The notes beneath the pieces are model-generated. The model saw only the letters and a list, made by a program, of their open reading frames with translations. It did not search any database and had not been told where the DNA came from. This document shows positions 14,267-25,400 of a stretch of 64,000 nt of DNA, piece after piece; within the stretch, counting starts at the first letter, position 1; each line of letters starts with the position of its first letter. Location of the stretch: positions 3,148,504-3,212,503 of the forward strand of contig CAJFCJ010000003.1 in assembly GCA_904063045.1 (NCBI GenBank), read 5' to 3'. Origin of the DNA: Dimorphilus gyrociliatus (taxonomy: Eukaryota; Animalia; Annelida). The position numbers were made by a program, and so were the translations under genes.

Positions 14267-16881
14267 ACTAACGAGAATGGACGAGAAATATTTTGCTCAC
14301 ATTTGGTAATGAGAGTGTTAATCGTCGCAAACTAATATATAACTCACTAGACTATTTTGCGGGACAAAAAAATAGTCTTTTAGCAAAAACGTTCAATCTT
14401 CCTAGAAAGAACGACAACATAGCTTTAAATTTTAAACCTTTTTCTCTACTTTTTAATTCTGGTGTTCTCTACATGATCAATTGAAGAATAAAAAAACTCT
14501 ATCTTGAAAAAAAAAAAGCTTCATAACTTTAAAAACATTAAAAAAGTTCTCAAATATATTTCTAATTTATGTACAATCTTTATCATATATTCCAAATATG
14601 TATACATATATATTGAAATGCAATTTATCATTGATTTGTTTATATTGCTAAAAAAAATGGTTGTATATTTTTTTAAACTTTCGTTTGGTACTTTAAAGAA
14701 AATGACAAAAATTTTCATAGTGTGTGGTTTTTTCTTTCTTTCTAACTGAGATATAAGGAAAAATTAAATCAAAGAGAAATAAAAGGAATCGTTTATCGTC
14801 CTATAAGCCTCTATAAATGATACTGTTAAATGTACTGCAAAAGCTAAATGTAAATAAAGTATTTTTGTTTTGCGGTTAGTTAGATGATTAAGTACAAATT
14901 AACAGGTGCTCTCTCTTTCTCTCTTGCTTTCATTCTAACAGCTGTGCTTTATACACATCTTCTATTGAACATCGATTTAATCGAACTTTTATTCCCCAAA
15001 AATAATAAACGAACCATTTGATATAAAACCATATCCAAGGCTATTAGAGGAGATGAAAGAAATGATTGATAATCTTGTTGGTTACAGATGCTTTTAACTC
15101 TTCATAAAAAGGATAAAAATTTGTAAATAACAGCTTATTTACTTTTTTTCCAACTGTTATTTATTATTTTATATAGAAATTATAGGCCTAAAAAATTTTG
15201 ACCAAAGATAAAATATGATTGGGGCTTAACAATGCTAAAAAGAAAATATATTATTTTATATATAATTCTAGATATTCTCTTTCTATTAATTTTTAGGCCT
15301 ACCCATTCCAAATTTATATATCTCTTTTTCATCTATATCACCTTCGTTCATAACAGTGCATTTAATAAAAAATATTAGTAAAGTTTATCAATTACTGCTT
15401 TGAGATTGATCGAAAAGACTTTCTTCAAAACCCTTTGTTTAACTCTTTTATCAGATTTTTCATAAAAGGCAGAGCTTTCTTCTTTTATTCTTTCTTCTAT
15501 TCTTATCATAGAAAAGGGATAGTAAGAAGGAAATTAAATTAAATGATCAGAAAAACTAAGGATGGCGCAAAGTAGTTTTAAACAGAGTATTATATCAACA
15601 AACAATTCTGCCTTTAAATCACGAGACCGTTTTTTAGTTGGCAGCTGCCCGATAAAAGAACTATAGAGAATAGATATCTACTGCAGTTGTCTTTAGTGAT
15701 TAAGGATTGTAGACTGTACAGATTACAGACTCTAATGAGTATTGAGAGCAGCCGTAGGAAAAAATTTTTCTCTCTTGTATAATTTTCTCTTTAGTTTTCT
15801 TACCTATAGTATTCTTTTTACTTCAAATTATTACTATATAAATTTTACAATAAATTAGTTTCTATCAATAAAAAATCCCTTTAGTCCTTTTTATCCAGAT
15901 TACTTTAATTAATAGATAAACAAGTATGTTTTCATATCTTACTAAAATTTCACTGAGTGAAGATAAATAATCATCTGTTATTGAAGAGAGAGATTATATT
16001 TCTCTCTCTCTCTCTCTCTCTCTTTCTATCGTTCTCTCCCCTTCTATCTCATGTCTTGGTAAAACAGTAAAAGTATAAGCTAATCTTCCACCATATGAAT
16101 TAAATAAATACGGATTAAGATAAGATAAAGAAATTTTGAAATGAATAGCGCTAATCTAACCGGAAGAAGAAGATCCAGAATTCCCTACAGATTGATTTCT
16201 TTAACCCTCAGGGACCAATTTAGGATCAAACTTTTACGCTATTTAAATTATTTTCTTTTTTAAGGAATTTGTTTTTTACAGTTTTATATTTCAATACAGT
16301 CATAACCTTATTTTATTCTACCATTAATTTATATTAATAGACATTAGTCTGTGTTTCTACCTAATTGTAATTTATATTTTAATTAGAAAGTAATAGAAAT
16401 TGTTTTTTGCTTATTTCTTATTACTTCTTTCAAAGTTTTATGCAAAATAGCATCTGCTTTTTCTTTTTGCTTATTGTTTTAGACCGTTAAAATTCTATTT
16501 TTTTTTTGCCAGCTGATATAAAAAAAAACTAGATATGCACGTTTATTCCATGTATATATGGAAATAAACATAGTAAAGTATATATTGTATATAGCATATA
16601 CATTTAAATGGATGAAAGTCAGCATTTCTTGATCTATTGAAGATTTATTGTTAAAAAGTATAAAAATAGATGTTATAATAATATTAAAAGTCATTAATTA
16701 ATTAGAAAAAGAGAATTTTTCTCGATTTTTTGTATAAATGCTTGTTTAATTAAGAAACATTCCTAAGGTTATCAAAATCATTATTGGAATTTTAGAGCTT
16801 AGATTTTTTTTTAAAAATTCTAACACTTAGTAGGTGAAATCAAGAACGAGGAACCCAAATATGGACAATTTCATTCCAATA

Positions 16882-16912
<31 letters not shown>

Positions 16913-17590
16913 AGTATATTATTATATAGAGGAGGTACACTTGTCTTCTAGTATTCCCGAATTACATAACAGCTGAACTAAAACAAACGCTTATGTTTAT
17001 ACTTGGCTGCATGAAATGTACAATTGTGAAAAAATACATTATTTAGGCCTACAGAGAGGAAAGTATAACAAAATATTACAACTTATCATCATAGCTATCA
17101 TATATATATATATATATTAAAATCATACGAGAACTTCATCCAGTAAAAAATAATTATATCTGATCTTGTAATTAAAAGAAATTCCTTTTTTTCTCATTTT
17201 CTGATCCGTATAAAACTCTCCAGTATGTTTACCATAAGCTTATATCAGGGGGGTTGTAGAAATGCGATAACTAGTAATACCTTACAGAAGACTGTTTGGT
17301 TTAATTTTCATGAATCTTGTATAAAAAAAACCTTCTAAATGATAAATCTTAGAATTCTATTATTTTGTCTAAAGGGAAGAAAACTACGTAGTCCAAAAAA
17401 AAGAGAGAAAAATAAGAAAAAAGAGAATCAAGAACTGATTGTTCCGTGAATTAAGGATTAAATATATTTCACATGTCACAAAATGAATAAAATATTCATT
17501 CCCTGATTTATCTGGATTGTTTATTGAAAAAAAAATTCCCCTTTTTGTTTCTGTATTTTCTATTTTTCTTTTGTTAATTTTCACATTCTA

Positions 17591-18566
17591 CAGTCGCGAT
17601 ATTAAGTAATTATAAGAAGAGTAAAAATGTCTAAAAATCCAAATATTTTGATTTAGGAATAAAGTGTATGGTTGTGAATATTTTTTTGTATAGGATAGAT
17701 GACTTGTGAAACATGATGGAAAATTTCAGATAAATATCTATATTTTAAGAATCAATTTATCTTTCTTTTTTACCATACTATGAATTTAGACAGCTATTAA
17801 GTAATTATAACATCATCATTATGACCTCATAATTATGGGTAGTATCATTGAAAAAAAATTTGGTCTACAAATATTGTTCCCTTGAACTTACAACATACAA
17901 TTCTTTTGGAAATATTAAAAAATGCATCAGCTATCTTTAGAAATCTGCAAAGATATCCTGTTCCACTTAAGCAGGCCAAAATTGACCATTCAAGGCATAA
18001 CAGCAAAATTTAATTGCAGCCCAGTTACAGTGCAGAATATAAAGAATCAGTTCAAGCAATTTAAAACAATAAATGACCTGCATATGTCTGGTAGACCACA
18101 TAAAATCGCCAGGAGAAATTTGAAAGAGCTGTGGGAAATTTTTGAGAAGGAATTTTTCAAAATATCAAATTTTGAGATACAGGGATTGTATGCCTCTATT
18201 GAAAGGAGGCTAAATGCAACAAGAAAGGCAAAAGGCATACATACCAAGTATTAAATTTGAAAATTTTATCATTTACAATCATTTGCATATCTAAAAATGT
18301 ATAAGTAAAATAAAAAAAGTACTTTTGATGGACCTGATTGATTTGTTATAATTACTTAATAGCGGTCTAAATTCATAGTATTGTAAAAAAAAGAGTGAAA
18401 AACTGATGATTAAAATATAGATATTTTAAAAAATTTTGCCTGATGCCTCATAAGTCATCTCTCTTACAGAAAAAATTATTCCTAACCATAAACTTCATTT
18501 GTAAATCAAGATATTTGGAATTTTAGATATTTTTACTCTTGTTATAATTACTTAATATCGCGACTG
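17591..18566 (+). mobile_element. Non-autonomous, internally deleted Tc1/mariner element with IR/DR-type long TIRs
   Basis: TA at 17589-17590 and 18567-18568 (target-site duplication). The outer 25 bp CAGTCGCGATATTAAGTAATTATAA is perfectly inverted at the right end. Imperfect TIRs of about 222 bp lie at 17591-17812 and 18344-18566. A 16-bp repeat TATTAAGTAATTATAA occurs at the outer and inner end of each TIR (17600, 17795; inverted 18346, 18542). Confidence 0.93.
17922..18254 (+). pseudogene. Tc1-like transposase remnant: N-terminal HTH region fused in frame to the C-terminal tail, DDE domain deleted
   Basis: 110-aa ORF with an HTH-like segment ending in SGRPHK (GRPR-like linker), joined to LWEI...IQGLYASIERRLNATRKAKGIHTKY, which matches the Tc1 C-terminal consensus (L..S..RR..AV..AKG..TKY). 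No DD34E region is present. Confidence 0.85.
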
Positions 18567-18689
18567 TAAACTTCTTCTTTCACTATTTTATTCTTCTTTT
18601 TTTTTCTTTCTAATTATAAATAATCATTGAAGTAATTGACTTGTATTATTGTTATTATTATTAGAGAAGTATAATTGGTACTTGAATGC

Positions 18690-19361
18690 TATTCTAGAAA
18701 ATGAACATTTGGTTGAAACATATGGGTCTTATAATGTTCTCAACTATTTCAAACAATTCATTCATTCTAATTAGATATATTTAGTTTTTTACTTTCTTCT
18801 TGCTTTTCTTCCTGTTGAATACATCACATAGGGATAACTTTGTAGATTAGGTTAGCAAAGACTCCGTAGTGAATATATATTTTAGTAGAGCAAATATATA
18901 TATGAGAGAAAACGCCTCATTTGTATATTTATTAGCATCAGTATGGGATAGGAGTAAAATTAAGTTTGATTCATCTAACTTATAAAGTATCAACAATGAG
19001 TCATCTATGTCAATGGGAGTAAATTGCATTATACAATTGTAAAAGTTTATATTTGCTCCTTTATCAATTCCTTTTATAAACAGCCAAGTATTTTTCTTAT
19101 CTACTCTTAATTAAGCCTTTTTTAAATGTAATTCCTTAGAAACTTTTGGCGAAAGCCATCTATATTTATCAGTTGCAATTTGTTGAATCCATAACGTTTG
19201 ATCTTATTGAAGCCATGTAAACTAATGGTCATCAGATGCGTGACAACACCATTTATTCTTAACAGAGCTTTTTCATACAGATATCTATTTATCAGTAATT
19301 TGGGACAAATATTCCTTAGGCAATCAAACGTTACAATTCGAGAGAGGAAGAAGTGTTTTCG
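18690..19361 (-). pseudogene. Possible decayed coding sequence with ankyrin-like fragments
   Basis: Two stop-free minus-strand stretches (19361-19122, 79 aa; 19110-18847, 87 aa) are offset by a frameshift at an A-run. The second contains IDKGANINFYNCIMQFTP and LLLSHTDAN, loosely resembling the ankyrin consensus LL..GA.vN....g.TP. The similarity is weak and judged by eye only. Confidence 0.25.
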
Positions 19362-20161
19362 TTAAGGCGGAGGATTCCCCCTTCCTTCCGATATCTCTAT
19401 AACAGCTCTCGATACGTTGTATTTTTTCCCCTTCTTCTTCATTGTTTTTATTATTATTACTTCTTTTTCTCTTTTTTTTCTCCTTTCTCTATTACTCAGT
19501 AAAATTTATCGATCTGTAGCCTGCTGTTGTTGCTTCAAATTATATACTTGGTATAGGTTTGTTGAATTAGCAGTTCTAGTTTTCGCCGATATATCATGAG
19601 ACGTTGCGTAGGAGAAGAACTAAATTGATTATAGAACTAGGTCGACGATACTATTCATTTAGATAAAGCGGATTTCGTTGGAGCTTTGTTAGGATCAATG
19701 TAGCTCTTGGTAGATTGACAAAGAGAAAACTATCAGATGACAAAAATATACTATCGAGTCACGTTTTTTTTGTTGACATCTTTTGTCTCTCCCGCTTTTT
19801 GATTTTTCATACTTTATCCAGAAACAATTCCAGCTTTATCAGTAAAAATCTAAGCCCTAATGCTATTCGCGTTGTCTTAAACAAATTTACATATATATGC
19901 TATTTGGAGGTGGAAGGACAAAAGAGTTTGTAATTGGGAAGAATATTAAAAACAACAACAACTGCTAAAGACGGTCACTACATATGTTTGATAGTCAAAT
20001 CACAATACGAGGCTTCTAAACATGGCTAGCTTACCAACTTTATTATACGAATACTTTCGCATTCTTCTTTCGAGGAAATTCTATATCATTTAGAGTCCAG
20101 AAAAAAAATACTATAAAAAAACTGAAATAGACAACTGTAAATACTATACAAATATAAAATG

Positions 20162-20193
20162 GTATAGAACAATTTATACAAATTGTTCTATAC
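20162..20193. repeat. Perfect 14-bp inverted repeat with 4-nt loop
   Basis: GTATAGAACAATTT-atac-AAATTGTTCTATAC. Confidence 0.9.
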
Positions 20194-20817
20194 ATACATT
20201 ATGAATATCACTTTTCGTTATATTTTTTATTCTTAGTTTATAAAATAATTAATAGCCGTTTTTACTATGAACAAAAATTAAATAATTAGTATAATTTGTC
20301 AATTAGATTTTTCTTGCAATCATATTATTATAAGAATCATAAAATATTTTTATCATCTATTGTTCTTTATCAATTAAGATCACATAGCTTCATTCATGGT
20401 TTATTAATCTTTATGAATAAAAGAGTAATCTAGTTCTTAAAATAACAACTGGAAATAAAATCGTTAGGAGAGCTCTTCTTTCAAAATTTTTAAGAATTTT
20501 GTTATTCTATATGATTATAAACGGTAATGTACATTTTTTTCTTATTGACCGACTAATATTGTGCAATACAAGCAAAGCTATAAATATGAAAATATATATA
20601 TATATACATGTATATATATAACATCTTTTGCTTTGCTATATAATACACTACATGTATTAAAAAATAGAGAGAATAAGGAAAGGAGTGTTTTGTCTGATAT
20701 GGTAAAAAATTCCACAAAATATGCTTAACAATGAAAAACAATTTTGAAAGAATCAAGTTTTCTTTAAATCTACCAAAAAGCCTACTTTTTACATTTAAAA
20801 CTAGAAAAAGAGACTTA

Positions 20818-20880
20818 AAGAGAGAAAGAGAGAAGAGAGAGGAAAGGAGAGAGGAAGGGGGAGAGAGAGTTAGAGAGAGT

Positions 20881-20934
<54 letters not shown>

Positions 20935-20953
20935 GAGGGAGAGAGAGAGAGAA
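20818..20953. repeat. Long (GA)n / polypurine tract
   Basis: Directly visible, about 380 bp beyond the GPCR stop codon. Confidence 0.95.
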
Positions 20954-21331
20954 GCCTGTGATAAAACTATTGTATTAACTTTTTTTAAATGATTGAGTTA
21001 ACTTTATGCATGTCTTGATTTAGTTAAGAGATCTGTTTAATTAAATACTTAAAAATATTTATAAAGTATTTTTTAGAAGAGTCGGCATTCTCATGAATCT
21101 TGATGGTTTCGTTCCTGGAATTATCTCAAACATATTTTTTTATTATCTTTTTTATTAGTCTATTGTCTGCTCCGGTGGCAAGAAACAATCTTTACCGAAA
21201 TTCTGCATCCGAACTTGCTGGATAAATTATTGCAGATGAATAGATTGTCATTTTGTAGTATTATTAGAAAAGGGAGCAGGTTAGACTAGTATTTGTATGA
21301 GTAAGAAGAGGAGAAAGAATTCATACTCCCA

Positions 21332-22486
21332 TCACAGAGCAAGGTCGTTTACTTTATGTTGTTTAGCATTGTTGGATGTACGTGTCCGTACGGTGAGGGG
21401 TTCCGTTTCACTGACGCCAATAGTCTGATCAGGAGGGACTGAACGACATAGTTGGCGCAAAATTCTACGAAACTTGCGACCAATAAGGCAATAGATTAGG
21501 AAATTGCAAGAAGAGTTTATAGTTAACAATAAGTTAGTTATTCCATTAACATATCGTAATATTTTCAGGAAAAAGTGATTCCTTGCGGAAAACTTTTGGA
21601 AAACAAGCGCCGCCCTCAAAAGGGTATCTGGCAATATAAGTAATATAAATACTGTTACCACTACTACTAGCAAAAGTGTAACATTTTCTTTGTTAGCGTT
21701 GCGAGAACTCATATCTTGGCGACGTTTTTGAACTCTTCTTAAAGCATTTACTAGTTGAGTATTGAGTGTTACTAATAGAATTAATGGGCCAACGGCTCTG
21801 AAGAGAAAGTACATAATACACTTGTAAATGATATAGTAGGCCTTATTATGCTCCATTGGATATAATAATTTAACTGTTTTTATACCACAATTATCTTCAC
21901 TAACTTCGATTCTTCTTTCGAAGAAACGTGGTAGATTGTAAACTAGAGCGACTATAACTATAATGCCAACATATTTTTTATGCCTCTCCAAACTTCTTGC
22001 ACTCCTCGATAATGGCTTGCACACAGCAGCATAGCGATCGACCGTTACCAAAATTACCAGCCATACTGTAATAGTTTGAGCAATTGAGGATAACGGCCAG
22101 GCGTAAGGTAGGAAATAATTGAAATTTACAGGTTGCTCTTCCGTCCACCAATTGCTATATAATTGTATGCCGCGCAATACCGACACAGGAATACATGATA
22201 ACAAGAAAGACGTATCCGAAACGGCCAATGTCTGTAGTAACCAATTTGTTGCATTCTTATCCGGATCTGCTCGCAGGACGATTATCGATAGACAATTACC
22301 CGCTAATCCGATTATGATGAACAGAGATTGAAGGAAGACATCAGTTGTGAGACGGTAAGCTGACAAACTGCTGTCTAGGTTCGACGTCTCATTCGAGCAG
22401 TTCATGCCGTCAAATGACTGATTTAACAAAGGGTTCCTGACGCTAGAGGGCGTCAACGCACAATCTTTTAATTTCAAATAGAACAT
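21332..22486 (-). CDS. Class A peptide GPCR, FMRFamide-receptor-like, intronless CDS, 384 aa
   Basis: Seven hydrophobic segments, GLAGN (TM1), LAVSD (TM2), TVDRYAAVCKP (TM3), YNLPRFFE (TM4), INSSCNFLIYC (TM7, NFxxY variant typical of FMRFamide/myosuppressin-type receptors) and N-terminal N-x-S/T sites. The ligand cannot be assigned from sequence. Confidence 0.92.
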   Translation of the reverse strand: MFYLKLKDCALTPSSVRNPLLNQSFDGMNCSNETSNLDSSLSAYRLTTDVFLQSLFIIIGLAGNCLSIIVLRADPDKNATNWLLQTLAVSDTSFLLSCIPVSVLRGIQLYSNWWTEEQPVNFNYFLPYAWPLSSIAQTITVWLVILVTVDRYAAVCKPLSRSARSLERHKKYVGIIVIVALVYNLPRFFERRIEVSEDNCGIKTVKLLYPMEHNKAYYIIYKCIMYFLFRAVGPLILLVTLNTQLVNALRRVQKRRQDMSSRNANKENVTLLLVVVVTVFILLILPDTLLRAALVFQKFSARNHFFLKILRYVNGITNLLLTINSSCNFLIYCLIGRKFRRILRQLCRSVPPDQTIGVSETEPLTVRTRTSNNAKQHKVNDLAL

Positions 22487-25400
22487 TTTATTTTTTTGTG
22501 GGTGGGTAATGAGATTTTTATTGACGATAGGAACAATAAAAATTATAGAATTGTCGTATGAACGCTAATACGAAGTCTATTAGCAGTAGAGAAAGTGATT
22601 TTTCTTCTATCCAGATTATTACAGAGTTATTCACGATCGATGTGAGTGAAAAATGATGTTGATAAATTAACCGGAAAATACTAAAAACTTCAATATACAT
22701 TTAAGCCATTACTTATGGTTCTTAAAAAGTACAAATCATTTGTTATGGTTCATAGTTCCCAGCCTTTTACATCTGTTGCTTTTTTCTCTCTTTGTACTGC
22801 ACTTGTACATATTTTTCTAATTGATATATTTTGTTGAAATCAACATATTGGGTATCTTCTTTCTAGTTCTCTTTTGGGATAAATCAAGTTATATTCATGT
22901 AACTCCAGTTTCTATGCTCTAGTAAGCAAAGTCTATTAATTATCCAACATTCACCGCTTCAATCTCCCCGGTTTGGACAATCACACCTACGTACTCAATC
23001 TGAATAAGCCAATATCTCAGATATTCCAGATCATTTTAAATTTTATAGCCAAGATATTCTAATAACCTTTACTTACATTGCCTAATTGTAATTGGAGCCT
23101 AACACGTATTTTGTAACATTAAAAGGCAGATATTAATGCAAAGAAGATACATCGTATTCAATAAAAAGAGTAAAGACTATCTAATTCCAATTGAAAGTAT
23201 AACTTCACCTCATAATCGCTTTTTTTCATCTATATGTATAGCATATACAGTATAACAAAAGAAAGATATCTACAGAATGCTATTTATATTGATATTCATG
23301 TAGATAACAATATTAATAATTAATATATTTCTACTTTCATATTTTTATATGCGTAGGAATATAGTAATAAAAAAAAGAACAAATAAATAAATAATATTTG
23401 TTTAAGTTGACGTAATAAATGTTCTCCAATGCTAAATGAATGCCAAGTACTGAAATTAATAGGCCTACCAACCCATTAACCTTAAGAAAATATGATAATA
23501 AACTAAACAAACTGTTGGCGTTTGATATGAGCCGACAACGATGTTTTCAAGCCTTGATTTTATCAACAGAACAGGGAACGTCTGATAAAATGTTATTCAT
23601 TGCTATCTTCATTGCCTATTTTAAAATAATTTTTAGCTTTGTCTTTATAGCTATATATATATATTATATTAATTTGTCACTAATATACATATAATATATA
23701 CAATACATGTATGTGTATAAATAAAAGGAAAACCATTTATGATATCCCATTCTTTGTTTTCTAGCTGTCTTCTTGAGATGCATTTTCCTCTAAATTTATT
23801 CCTTTGACGTATGATAAACGATAGAATTTCCATTGATTATTTTAAAGAAGAGATTTTTTCTTTCCTGTCTTTTTTCTATATATCATGCCTTCTTTCCTTT
23901 TTCTTCTTCACTCTTTTTTTTTTCTCTCTCTATCTCTCTTTCTCTTTCTTTGCTTTTAAATCCACTTAAAAACTTTACATACTCCTTCTTTTGACGAGTT
24001 TCATGTAGCTAATTAAAGAAACAATTCTCGATAGGAAAGAATAACATTTCCAAGTAATTTTGTCAGGAAAGAGAAAGGGGAGGGAAAATGAGAAAGGAGA
24101 GCCTGTAAAGGACAACAAAAACGAATAAATAAGAAAAGGAACAAGAAGAAGAATAGCGAAGGATACGATGAGAGAATAGGATATTTCAATTACCGTATTC
24201 TTGTTATTACTTCAAGGGAATATTAAGGTGTTTTCTTTTAATGAAATTAGCTGACGTGTTCAAATTTTTATTGATAATATTTGTATTATCAAGATTATTT
24301 TCTTGGAAATAATTTGAATTATTTAATCAAGCTTTGAATGGTTTTTACTAAAAACTATCGTCTAAACGTTTTATAGTATCATTTAGAATGTACCTGGATC
24401 TGACATTCCACGCTTTTGTAATTAGTTAAGGAATACATTTATAATGCGATATCTAGATAGTAAGTTAACATCAAAAGTATATAAATCCTCTAAAATTAAA
24501 TAGTAATTGCTCTTAACATGACAGATTTAGCAGGTAAGTATTGAATTAACCATGGCAAATGAAAATATATCAAAGAAGATAAGTGAAATTGGGAGAAGGA
24601 AAAAAATAGAAAAAAATAACATTGTTTTTGTAAAACGATATAAACATAAATCTTTACGGATTAATAAAGCAATTGGGCATAGTTTGAAATGTAAGGGGAG
24701 AAACTGTAATCTGTTGCAAACAGCCTGAAAATTTTGTAATTTAATGAAGGCAGGGGGTGAGTGCTAGCACCTGAGAGTTCTTATAATAGAAGGCAAAAAG
24801 AGAAAGGAAAAAAGGAAAAGAAAACTTTTTGCTTTTTTCTCTCTTTATGATTAACATTAAAAGTAAATGTAAGTAGTGAACGTCATCTTTATTTGCGAAC
24901 AAGGGAATGAAAGGATAACATGAAGTATCGAAATCTCTAATGGTATAGATTATATAGATGACTATGGAGAAAAAGTAAAAGAAAATGAATAAATAAGCGA
25001 AATAGAAAATTAGACTTTGAAATCTTTCAAATAATTTCCAGTAATTATTTTATTTATTATAAAACGTTTAAATAGGAAATCATAAACAATTTATCTCCAG
25101 AGTGAAGCTTCAACGTTGAACCGGAAGTCTTCATTAGAGATAATTGAATTCTTATTTTAAAGATTCAATTTTTATTACATTCTCCTTTTCATTTTATATA
25201 ACCTAGTTAAGTATCTATGTATATAGTTTTCCCTATGTAGCTCTTAGTTTTGTCTATTATTTAGTATAACTGATACAATTTCTTAATTGACTTATTCAAT
25301 ATGTTTAACTATCTTCATAAAGTATAATATTAATAATAATTAATGAAACAGATACATTGCGGCTATATTTCAATTAGTAAATTTGAAATGTTTAGCGTTT

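Noticed and set aside
19600-19740. GC-richer minus-strand patch translating to SYIDPNKAPTKSALSK*
   Set aside because: Short, interrupted by stops and not linkable to any gene model.
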